From Nitrospirales bacterium (GTDB taxonomy: Bacteria; Nitrospirota; Nitrospiria; Nitrospirales; UBA8639), in NCBI GenBank assembly GCA_965203295.1, contig CBDBCZ010000018.1, positions 2,240,001 through 2,304,000 of the forward strand: a DNA stretch of 64,000 nucleotides, read 5' to 3'. Shown here in pieces: positions 1 to 11,400 of this stretch. The notes under the pieces are model-generated. The model searched no databases, had not been told where the DNA came from, and worked only from the letters and a program-made list of their open reading frames with translations. Each line of letters starts with the position of its first letter. Positions within the stretch are counted from its first letter, which is position 1. Both the position numbers and the translations under genes were made by a program.

Positions 1-585
1 ATTCTAAACTATGGATATATACACAAGTAGCTAAATAGATTTATTCTTCATGTTTTCAAAATTCAGTACACAGTTTGGTGACTGATTCAGAGCTCAAAAT
101 AGCAGCTGGCCACAGGCCATTTCCTGTGCAATTTTCTACAAAGGCCGCCCAAAAATTTGACCATAATTGTATGAAATTGTACAGATGGCCAATCAAAATT
201 TCAGCATGGCCAGCCAAACCCAAAGCCTTATTTTTAGCCCCGATGGCTGCCTCACAACAACTGTGGGGGCCATTTTGCCACGTCTGGGTGGTAATGCATC
301 ATACATCTGCACCTCTTCTTGCCCACATCACTTGCACCTGCATTGCTGCTCGCATGTCATGTTTACACTTGGCAGTGTGGTTAGGTTATTTACAAAATCA
401 TTGACCAACTTCCTTTCTTAATGCACTTGTAGCGCTTTACTGTTTACATAGAAATTGCTCAAAAGTGCATAATGACATCAAAAAGTGGATTCCTTTCTGC
501 TTCTCTATGCCATTATGTGCTCCAGAACTGATGCATACATTCCCAGGCTACATGTGGACAGTAACCACGGCAATAAGGTGCCTAC

Positions 586-3500
586 CTCACAGAATAGAGC
601 TTCTTTGCCAGTCCAGCCCCTGGAAGGAAGATCTGAGACTCCTCCAGGGTCGTAGCAGGTGGACTGGTTGTAGTATCAGATTCGGCTGTAGATGAGAAGG
701 AAGCACATGTAATAAGCTAATGATAGTATCACATTATTAACAGTGGTTCCAGTCATTAATCAGGGGGTGTTCAAGTCAACCATGCTTCGATCATAACGTT
801 TCCAGCAAGTACACTGTAAGTCAGAGTATGAGCTACGTACAGTGCACCAACTCTGTAGGGATCTTTGGGAAGCTCTACTGCTCAGCATCACACTAAAACT
901 CCACCCCTTTCACTCAGATACTCCCAGAAGAATTCTTTGGTGCCATTGCTAGTACGCACATCTAAACAATACCATTCCCCGCTTACATGAGCACTCTCCT
1001 AATTAAACAACAGGCTATATTGTTAGAGTTCCATATTTACGTTACCTGCTATGCCATTGGCAAGTGTATGTCAAATTTCTTCATTTAATTTTGGGTCAGT
1101 CTGTAGCACGTACCACACTAAAGCCCAGCATTACTAATTTACCACATACATTGTGTCCTTGGCTCAAGGCCACTCCAGTGCAGCGACTCAGTGAAGTGAG
1201 GGTAGAGCTTCACAGAGTGTGGGTTCAGCAGAAACTGGAACTGAGGGCTGCAGAACATAATATTGTATCATGTACTACAATAACTTCTTCACAAGCAGCA
1301 CATTTTATAATACGTATGTGCCTCCATACATTTAACTTCAATGTTTTATTACAGTGCAACTGTAGAGGATAATGAGTGCAAGGGTTCCATGTAGGTTGGA
1401 CATATTCAACAAATACATTCCTACATGTGTGTGTATACTTTAGACTTGATGACTGTCACCGCACAGAGTGGTGACTCCATCTGGTCATGCCAACACCACA
1501 CTAGCTCAATTATACATTGACTACTGTGCAGAAACTTTCCTACACAGTATACAGAGTACAAAAACTCTGCTCATGATCATGAACCTACAGGAATGTGACA
1601 GTTTTGAGATACGCAAGTCTGGTTGCAGATCTGACTACGGAAGCGGCACGCGAGAACAGGGACGATACTCAGATTCCTACCCTCTGATCTGTGAGTCCCT
1701 CCTCTCGTGGGCCTGGGAGCTCGTCAGCACCACCACCTCAGAAAAGCGGCTTTCCTTCACCCACTGCAACAGGCGGGATCAGAACTGCTGCTGGAAACCC
1801 TGGGGGAAGGAAGACTGACATCATCTCCAGCTCCACTGCAACGTTCTCTACATCACATGATCTGCTACCAGCTTACATGTAGTTCTGTGTCAGCAAGGAG
1901 GTTACCACCCTTATTGCTCGAGTAAGCTGCCACTCACTTCAAAATTTATGGTATGGGTGTTCATCGGATAAAGCAAGAATGGTTTAATACCTAGGGTGTC
2001 TCGTACAATCCAAATAAACACTCCACCAATCCTTATAGGTTTTATTCCAAACAGCATTGTCATCTTGGGGGAAAGATAACTTATCACCGCTAGCAATTTG
2101 AAATGAACGTACAGAAATGGGAGGGAACATTTGAACCACCCTAACCATCCTTGCTCTATTCGCTAAACATATACATGCACTGTGCATTAATGTGAGTGGC
2201 AGTTTGCCTGTGCAATAAAGGGGAGAGGTGGGGGAAACATCCTGGAGACATGGTTATTAAGCTAGTCACATGATGTAGAGTATACATCATTGTTCACCAC
2301 ATTGTACAGCAAGACTTGTCCACAGCCTCAGAAAGACTATAAAGATGTCAGGTAGCAAAACTCAGTCAATGTTGAACAATGCTGCTTATACATAATACAG
2401 TTGCTGACGACAACCGTACCTTTGCAATTGGAGCTCTTATCTGCACAACAGTGACCTTCAACTCAGAACTACTGTAAACTGGAGAAAGAGAAGTGTCATA
2501 CCTGTAAGCAACCTATGTAGGTGGTCTTGGAGTACACCACTACTCTCTGCACTGGTAGGCGCAGTGCATGCATGTATTCCCACCTCTCCTGCTCCACTGC
2601 AATCACATCTTACAAGGTACTCAGTACAGCATATACAATGCAAACTTTCACAGATTATTCCTAGTCCTATGTTATCTTTTTTCCATTTACTAACTTGACT
2701 GCACTTCAACACTGTCATGCAGTGGTTAGCTCTAAAGCTGCAATGGCCTATATCAGAGGAGGTTGGAAGTAATCAATTATCAAATGATGTACATGTACTG
2801 CAAATGTTTCTGGCAGAGAGGAGCAATAATAGCTGCTCTGCGAGTGATCTTGGCAGACTTGAGCAATACTACGCTGTAGCCTCATGAAGTACTTTGCAAA
2901 TTCACTGAGAATCCACTGCATTCAAGCCCAATCTTCTACAGCACAGCTCCATACTTGCAAGCCAAGGGAGCTTCCCCACCCATCCTTCGGAGGTTGTAGA
3001 GTTACAAAGGTTCTTTAGGCCAGATGCCGTATACCTCCAAAAGTGTACCTTTCCGGAATACTAACTACCATAGGACCAGTTTTAATTGCGTAGTAAATCA
3101 TTGCATTTCTGGATTTTGAAGGTAAGTTGCGTATTTAATAATGGTGGTATTGCATACACGTATTATGTGTATGTGTAATGCACAACACATTATTAGGTTC
3201 TAATGTTTGCGTCTTCAATGCAACGCTTGCAATTTGAATTAAAACCGGTCCTGTGGTATACGTGACATCATGCGATACTGATATATGTAATTCCAGCACA
3301 GAGGATGCAATCAGCTCCCTAAATTTTCTCATGCTAGAAACACTGCTAAATATTGTTCAAAAAAATGGTTGTTAACTGCAACAAAGCCCACTACTTCCAA
3401 GCCATAACTGACCTTCAGCTGCAGTGTGCAGGTGTCCAGACTGAGGGGTGCGGTCAAAGGCATTGTTCCCCACCAGTGGCAGCAGGCTGGGGTCGTGGAT

Positions 3501-4723
3501 GTAGCCCACTCGCCCCAGCCTCAGGGAGTTGATGAGGAGGTCCACCACCAACTGGCCAACATTGCCAACTGAGATGCACGGCTGTGTGTGTTTATGTGTG
3601 TGGTGTTTCAGGCAGTAGGAGTAAACCACCTCTGCTACATTCTATATAGGCTAGAAGCCCTCGCTTCTCTTGTTGTTGAGAAATATTATAAGCAGAATGA
3701 GTAGAGGGGCTATCAGTGAGTTGTCACTACAAGTTGTAGTTATCCTAGTTGGGCGAAGCCCAGGATAACTATTTTTTCATGTAAAAAAAATAATTCATTT
3801 CAAGCAGCATATGGACAAAAGTTGTAATGGCTTCCAATTCTGATTAAGAGTCCATTCCTTCAGTGTTCATACTTCAGTTTTTATTGATAGCTTATAGCTC
3901 TAAAGCTAGTGGCTAGCTGTATTGGGGTCTATTGGAGAGGCAGCAGGAACGCTGCTTTGAGATAGGTTTGGATAGGCAGTTCTGAGAATGTTGTAACTCT
4001 ACAACAGTGCATGACAACACTTTTATCCAGCACACTATACTACTAATTAGTATGGGACTACTAATTAGTATGGGACTACTAATTAGTATGGGACAATGTC
4101 AAGGGTGTTGGTTTTCATTAGGGGAATATAGAATACACTTCTATTTCAATAGTTACATGTACGCAGCATACCGTATTTGTTCTAATTACAGAACCGCCCT
4201 AATAGAAGCACAGAATGTGGTTTTTAATTAGACTTCTTGCCACTTGGATGAGATTCTTATTATAAAAAAAGACCAATTTGTATTCAGGCATATATAAATG
4301 GATGTTCTGTAATCCCTTGAACTATCGCAGACAACGGTAACCACTTCGAAAGACTGTGAGAGGGTTCTGTGATACAACCCACCCACATGCCAGTTGAGGA
4401 AGTGCTCATGTGAGCCTACACAACTGTACTATCTGGCGTTCTAAAGAGTGGTGGATTCGAGTCAACCATAGCAGACAAACCACGAAAAATTGTACTCACA
4501 TGAGAACCACACTTACCACAATCAGTGTGTAGGAATCAAAAGAGACTGAGGAACTGGCAGAACTGCAGACAAACATCTTGCTTAATTTTCTGCTGACCGT
4601 AATATGCCTCGCACCAGGCCTATTACTGAGCTTGCATGAGATCAGGACGCTCTCAACGCCCCCTCACAATTACGTAAGCTCATATTTGCGAGTACCTCTA
4701 TACCTGTACACTGGGTCACACAT
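586..4723 (-). CDS. PSMG2: Proteasome assembly chaperone 2, 7 coding exons visible (4704-4723, 4517-4562, 3413-3581, 2420-2478, 1681-1799, 1150-1247, 586-685); 3' exons not seen and probably lie left of the window; one in-frame TGA at 1779-1781
   Basis: All introns are GT-AG with matching phases. Spliced product: MCDPVYSSASSSVSFDSYTLIVPCISVGNVGQLVVDLLINSL...AAEVYSSSELKVTVVQIRAPIAKGFQQQF*SRLLQWVKESRFSEVVVLTSSQAHERRDSQIRGPQFQFLL...QIFLPGAGLAKKLY. It carries the PAC2 motifs SVGNVGQL and a PGGG-like PGAG. Functional versus pseudogene status is unresolved. Confidence 0.9.
3067..3259. mobile_element. MITE with TA-CC(A/G)TAGGAC TIRs in a PSMG2 intron; same family as 58172-58368
   Basis: TACCATAGGACCAGTTTTAATT...AATTAAAACCGGTCCTGTGGTA. 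Confidence 0.7.
4039..4095. repeat. 18-bp tandem repeat x3 (ACTACTAATTAGTATGGG)
   Basis: Direct reading. Confidence 0.9.
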
Positions 4724-4856
4724 CTTGGCGAGTCTGAGTTGCATGCACCGATCGCTGACGCACCAGGACCGGTGTTTGTCGTCATTGGCCGGTGAGTGAG
4801 AGGCTTAAGTGACGGGCCGCAGACCTATCCCAGCCTAGTCTAGCCCTTGCAAATTA

Positions 4857-4979
4857 TAGTCTCGGTACCAGCCCACCTATCAAGTCGGAGATCGCTTACA
4901 GTGTAAGCGATCTCCGACTTGATAGGTGGGCTACTGTAAGCGATCTCCGACTTGATAGGTGGGCTGGTACCGAGACTAT
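4857..4979. mobile_element. Palindromic MITE (TAGTCTCG...CGAGACTA) with an internal partial duplication, just upstream of PSMG2
   Basis: ATAGTCTCGGTACCAGCCCACCTATCAAGTCGGAGATCGCTTACAGT has a perfect inverted partner ending at 4979. Confidence 0.8.
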
Positions 4980-5022
4980 GCAAATTATTGGTCACTTAAA
5001 TTTTGTGGATGCACTAAATATC

Positions 5023-5075
5023 TAGCCTCGCTCCCAGGCTCTCCAAAGCTGTGCGGAGGCCTGGGAACGAAGCTA
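5023..5075. mobile_element. Mini-MITE of the TAGCCTCG/CGAGGCTA family
   Basis: TAGCCTCGCTCCCAGGC...GCCTGGGAACGAAGCTA. Confidence 0.65.
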
Positions 5076-6018
5076 ATAAATATCTACTTGTATATATTCT
5101 GCAGTTTTTTATAACAGTGTAGATGTTTCAGTACTACACTAGATCTACAACCCGAAATACAAACTGCTAGTTGGATTTCCAGAAGGTTATTAACATTGTT
5201 GGATGTTTGTGCGTAATACAAACTTCCAAAAAATTCTTTGCAACCTGCTACCCACAGATGATTGCTACACTGGAGGCAGGGATGATCCCAACCCTAAACT
5301 GGCCCTAACCTATTCCTAATCCTAAGCCTGATCGTGTTCTTCAGTTATCAAAAAGCTCGAATTAGTTCAGCAGTGATAACAAGCACTCTTGAGTGGACGC
5401 TTGCCATTCACATGCCATTGTATGGTAGGCTACACATACGCAGACTGCTTGTCACCACGTGTTCGTTTATTTAACGCCTACCTTTGATCGTGAAGACTGC
5501 TTGGGCCTGTGCTAGATAGGCCTTGGCATATAATGCTCAAATTTTAAATAATAATTACTGCTCATTAGATTAGCCAATTGTGCTCAGATTTAAGCTCAGT
5601 CAAATGAATAAAATGACTTACAACACAAAACAAATAACACATCACAATAACACCAAAAACCACTGCGTCGGGAAACTTCGGGTGCTGCTGTTCACTATCA
5701 CTGCCACAGCGACTGTAATCTCAAATCACAGTGCAGTGTGTGTACGGAGACCATTCTCCCTACATCTCTGATTACCCAGGATGGTCTCTGTAAATGCACT
5801 GCACTGTAATTTGTAGCTACTCTGCATACGTATAATGCAGTGGGCTGTGATGTGTAGGTAGTCTATGAACGTATTTCGGTGCAAGTTATATAGCTTGTTT
5901 CCTTTGTTTTTGTGGTAGTGCATCCCTACATGAATGGTTTTTGCACTTTTCTGCTTTTTTGTAACTTTATATTTAGAGACCTGCAGTTTTTCCTTAGTGA
6001 CTATGGTTTTTAACAGGT

Positions 6019-6325
6019 CTTATCCCACATTACATCATCTCTAATACATTTTATTGGACGGGAGCAGTATAATATATAGGCGCATATCCTACAGTTCTGT
6101 ACTTCCTTAGTTACATATTAGAAAAATAACCTCAAGCTATTTCACGATAGTTACACACATGCGCAGTAGTAGGATAAGTCAGATAGACCACGCCCCAGCG
6201 GAGGATATGCGCCCAAAATATCCTCCTTGGATACGGTTTTATCCCTCGGCTGCGCCTCGGGTAAAACTGCATCTGCGGAGGATATATAGGCGCATATCCT
6301 CCGCTGGGGCGTGGTCTATCCTATA
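6019..6325. mobile_element. ~300-bp non-autonomous element with a large terminal palindrome; same family as 43560-43861 and 43863-46922
   Basis: Near-identical reverse complement of 43560-43861, with central CTCGGCTGCGCCTCGG hairpin. Confidence 0.8.
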
Positions 6326-8148
6326 CATAAACGTTTTTGCTGAATTATTAATTAGGCTGCCATTGTGCTGAATTTATAACTGCACAACTTTATTTGTACT
6401 GTACAATCAAGGATGGACAAACTGACTCCATTCTCTACACTGCTGCTCTAAGTCGACAAATTATGCTAGCACAATGAGAATAATAGGTACTCAATAGCAT
6501 TACATAGTTATGCTGGAGTAATTGGTATATTTTTTCAGAACTGTGAGAATAATAGGCTATAAGTTAGCTTACCTATGAAAATATGTAACTCACATCCGGT
6601 CTCTAACCTTATCTTAGCTAGTTAGTTTTAGTGCTGAGATCGAGACAAATAATGCTGCTATATTATGCCTATCAGGCTCCTCATTCCCACGTACCTCCCC
6701 ACTCTAACAGCTATCACACAGGCACATCCATTCAGTCAACCACTTTCTAGTCATACTTTGTGTAAGAGACCCAAAACTTTGCATGCCTGCCTGGAGAACT
6801 GATTTTTGGTTCTATGTACATGTACCTCCACCTCTTGTGTGAACCAGATTTAACTCTTAATCAGCCAAGTTTTTCAGACTTTCAGTGATATAGCTCAATG
6901 TGAATTTATACGTATTTTTTATATTAGGCGTTTTTATAAAATCAATAAAGTACATGCTTTTTATAAAATATGGGCACCTGAGAAAGAGTTAAAACCGTCC
7001 ATTAAATCAAGACTGCATTTGATCCAATTCAGCACTTTAGCAAAGACTACTTTTTGAATGCAAAAAAAGTTTGAATGTCATCTTAATACTGCATAATTGC
7101 CAATTTGCTTCAATGGAGGAACTTACATTAATGCCAAAGACTGGCAAGCTGCCAAGAAATCTTGCTGTGAAGCAAATCTGAGCAACAGCCATTAATTTGC
7201 CATTATGCATTAAGCAATTCACCATCCCTCTAAAACCTTAGCTACATGTAGTTATCAACCTATGGGAATATCTTACTTAATTCTCAAGAGTGTCAAGTAC
7301 TTACGTACCTAGTGTTAGGGTTTATTGTTGCTGCACAGAGTGAGTGCATTGTGCAGGGAGGGCCTGATGGGAATGAGGCTAACTGTGGCACCAAGTGCTT
7401 CTTTGATTATTATGTATGTATGCTGCTAGTAGCACAGTAAAGCACAGATCAAGAGTTCAGCAAGTGGCATTTGTGGGGGTGACCCGTTTCACCTATGTAT
7501 GCCACAAGCAGCACAATGAACAGCTGACTGACTAATTTAGGACTTACTCATACACCCCAGGCAGTTAGATTTGCACCCTGAATAATGTCAGGTAGCATTA
7601 ACAACACTGATTTAGGTTAATTAATGAACCCTTGATGTCCTGACTGAAAATGTTTGTCACTTGATTCATCACCTGATTCATTATACCTGGTGATGCTGTA
7701 AAAGGGGAAACCCCCTGCAATGCACAGCAGCCTCATTTGTTGTGAGAGAAATGCTAGTGGTCTTAGATAAGTGGTCCCATCTTGAGTGTAAGAAACAATT
7801 AGGGACGTGTATTTTGTCTATGCTCTTTATCCTTGCCCTGGACACTGCTAGCATTCATACTATTTTAATGGTTAGGTTATAGAAGCCTTGTAGCCTTTGG
7901 GTCTATTGTATCTATATAGCTGGGAAGCTGACTCTGTGCTGCTGTGGTGCTTCATTGATGATTAGCCTGTAATGTCTTGAGCGGAGTCTCTTTCATAATT
8001 AACAGACAGCACATTGGCTTTCTTTACCTCAATCTGTTCTACTGTGCGACTTGCCATTGTTGGACTGTGAAATAATGCTTCTTTATGTGTTTGTGGGATA
8101 ATTGGTAAAAGATATGTATACATGTATACCATAGGCTGAGGAAGCTTT

Positions 8149-8234
<86 letters not shown>

Positions 8235-8404
8235 TGAAGGTGGGGGGGGTGGAAGGCTGCTACAAAGCTATCTGGCTTCTGCAGTGCCACCTGTGTGTGT
8301 GATGTAATGAATTAATGAAACGGCAAGGGTGTTGAATTTGTGTGGAACTGCCCCCCCCCCCCTCCCCCCGCTCAACTGACGAGCTTCTTCCTTGTCCACC
8401 ACAG

Positions 8405-11400
8405 AATAAAGCAAGGAAGTTTACTTCTACTCATGATGGCCGCCTGCAGAGTGAGCTAGTGAAGGAACTGATGGCCGGTGTTCTGGAGGAGGTGGCACCA
8501 AGGCTGCTGCTAACCTCTGTTCCTGAGACCATTGCCTTCCTCCTGGGAGGGCTGTCTACTGTGCCAGCTGTCGGGAGCTTTTCATTTCACATGGCAACTG
8601 CTGTCGTCATCATGTTACTGCTGCAGGTAGAGTGTGCTATATCCTCAGTGTACCCATTCTGAGTAATTATGTATAATGTCCATGCATAGAAACATATCAG
8701 CTAGTAGTACAAGTGTACGTTTATGATTTTTACATGGTGATTCAGCACCTGTAACATTTGCTGATGTGATAATTGTGTGTGGGCAGATGGATAACAGCTA
8801 TATAGCTAGTGATTCTTTCCCTTTGAGACACCGTTTTAACCTCAGTTTATGATACTCGTAATAATGTACTCAGCCAAGTTATGATCTGAGAATTAACAGG
8901 ATTCAGTTAACCTAAATTAAGAGCATAATTTTGTTTCACTGGTATGTATGTGTTTTGCTGAACCCTAAGTTTGTCCTATATCTTCCTGCAGCTCTCTGTG
9001 TTTGTCAGTGTCATGGCCCTGACTGCCAGGAGGGGAATGGTACGTGAATAGGCAGTTCAGTGGTACTAAGGAATGATCATCTCTGTTACGTACGTACGTC
9101 CTTGCACTGCGACGGAACAGAAGGCACTGGTCAGTGAATAGTGAGAACTTAAACCAAATCAGTCAACATGGGAGAGATAGTTTACAGCAAATACGCCTAC
9201 TAGGTCTGTACTAGGTCTCTTTTGTACAATCCTAATGAAGCCTGACAGATGGAAACGCCTGACATGAAACCTAGCTAGTGACCACAAATGTGAAAACAAA
9301 AGAGCAAAATGCTGAACAATAATTATGTACATAACTGGAATGTACTAGTAACTATTATGCACTGCCTGGCCTTAAGCAGTATCCTTAATGATACTAAATA
9401 TATCCTTTGCCTAGTTTCTGAATGGAATTTGGATAGACACGTGATCCTATAAGTAAGCATTATCTAACCACTACTAAGTAACACCACATGCACATGCACA
9501 TACGCACAGATGAGTTTGTTGTCAGAGAAGTTCACTCTTTCCGTGGGACAGAAGACGGCTCAGTGGTTCTGGGAGTGGTTTACCAAGCTGGTCCTGCATT
9601 TGCTAGTGCGGCCCCTTGTCCTGCTGTTCTTTGGGCTGACACTGACCTGCTCTCTGGCATGCCTTTGTAGGATAAGCATTGGTTTGGATCCAACGACTGC
9701 CTTCCCCAAGGTTAGTAACTGGTTGTCCACCATGCAGAGTATAATAAATTTTACTCAGTGAAGTCTGTAGTGTATAATAGCATTTTAGCACCACTTTAGC
9801 TGCCCCCTTCCCCCATTCCCCTCCCCAGGACTCCTATCTGGTACCCTACTTCTGCAGCATGAAGGAAAACCTTCATGATAGACCACCAGTCTACTTTGTG
9901 ATCAGGGAAGGCTACAACTGTATAACCAAAACAAGGTACTGGAGTTTCATGTGCACGACTATGTGTAACCCCTAACTATGTACGTATGAAATGGAGCAGT
10001 TATAGTATACTGGCTAGGGGAATGTAGAGCATTGTGGGATGGGCATGAGCAAGCTCTCTACCTCGTTCATTGTAGTATGGCATGTCGATGGTCTGTAGCT
10101 CCAGCCCTCACCCTCGTGTAGTTTGCTGGTGACCTGGAGACATGCCTGCTCTCCTCTGCTGGTGTCGACTTAAAGAGCTTAATTTTGTGGTGATCATGTG
10201 CATTTATGAATGCTATGGCAGCAGCATGGGTACATACATGTGTTATTACTGTGTGTGTTGCAGTTGCATGCCTTAGGATAGCTAAATGTACAGTGTAGCA
10301 GATGATTGCAAGTGTGTATTTTTCTTGATTTAGATCTGCTGTCTGTCTGGTTGTGAGACTGACTCCGTTTGGAACCAAATTATCAAAGCCTCACAGCTAC
10401 CACACTAGTGAGCACTCTTATATACATACGTATATAGTACAATCAAAGATGTGATAGAGCTGCAGATAACAGTCTCTTCAGAAACACAAGGCCAAGTAAC
10501 TTCTCACTTACGATCTGTGTTGAAACAGCATTTCCTTAATTTCCTATTTGTCAAAGTGTAATTATGGCATGAGGGTCGATTTATGTTAATCCGAAACTTG
10601 CTACAGCCGATATTTCTAACTGAATGTTGTGATACTGATTTGTGGAGGACTGTTATCAGTTCTCTTTCAGCGGGACCGAAATCTGTCTGCATCTCTCAAA
10701 CAGTCTTCACTTTTTCTAAATCAACTGGAATATTTATGGAGAATTTCAAATAGAATTCCTTCACAGTTATGTACTGTTCTAAAGAGAAATATGACAATGA
10801 GTGTACATATAAATTTCCTTCTGCTCCACCCTCTCTGTTACTAAGAAACCACCCTTGCTCCACTGGTACATCTAGCTTCCATTCTAATCAACTCTGGTAA
10901 TTTGTTCACACACCATACGCAGCACCCACATAGCTGAGCCCAGTGAACTGTGGCTGGATGCCTACCTGGAGTGGCTCTCCCCTGAGAGTGGCTGCTGTGG
11001 CTACCATAGCGACACTGGCACACCAAAACAGTGCTTCTCTCCAGGTAGTGGAGTAGGAATGTACGTGTTTCTTTTAGCTGCTTAAATGCATGAATTGATC
11101 ACAGCCATTTTACAGTAGTGTCTACACGTAAATACAAGTTGTTATGCAGTTGGTAATTGCATAACAAGAGGTGGTGCATTCTATGAATGCAAGAGTTATG
11201 CTTTTCCCAGGAGCTACTCACTTGTAACGGCCCTCTGTTGAGCTCCATACATAAGCTAAGAGATGGCGAATTTCACATCCTGTTTAGTAATTGTTGTAGT
11301 CTCTAACTCGCCCATTTTTTATGACGGACAGACAGCCGGTGACAGATCGACAGAGCCAATAGCTTAACCTGCTTTGCACAAGCATGTGCAGGGAAGCTGT

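Noticed and set aside
75..421. ORFs, or a candidate next PSMG2 exon near 250-337
   Set aside because: The expected PSMG2 C-terminal motif (SEGDN) is absent and the in-phase reading hits a stop.
6159..6371. Duplicated ORF MRSS.ISQIDHAPAEDMRPKYPPW (also 43469-43726)
   Set aside because: Chance reading frame through a palindromic repeat; the duplication reflects the element, not a protein.
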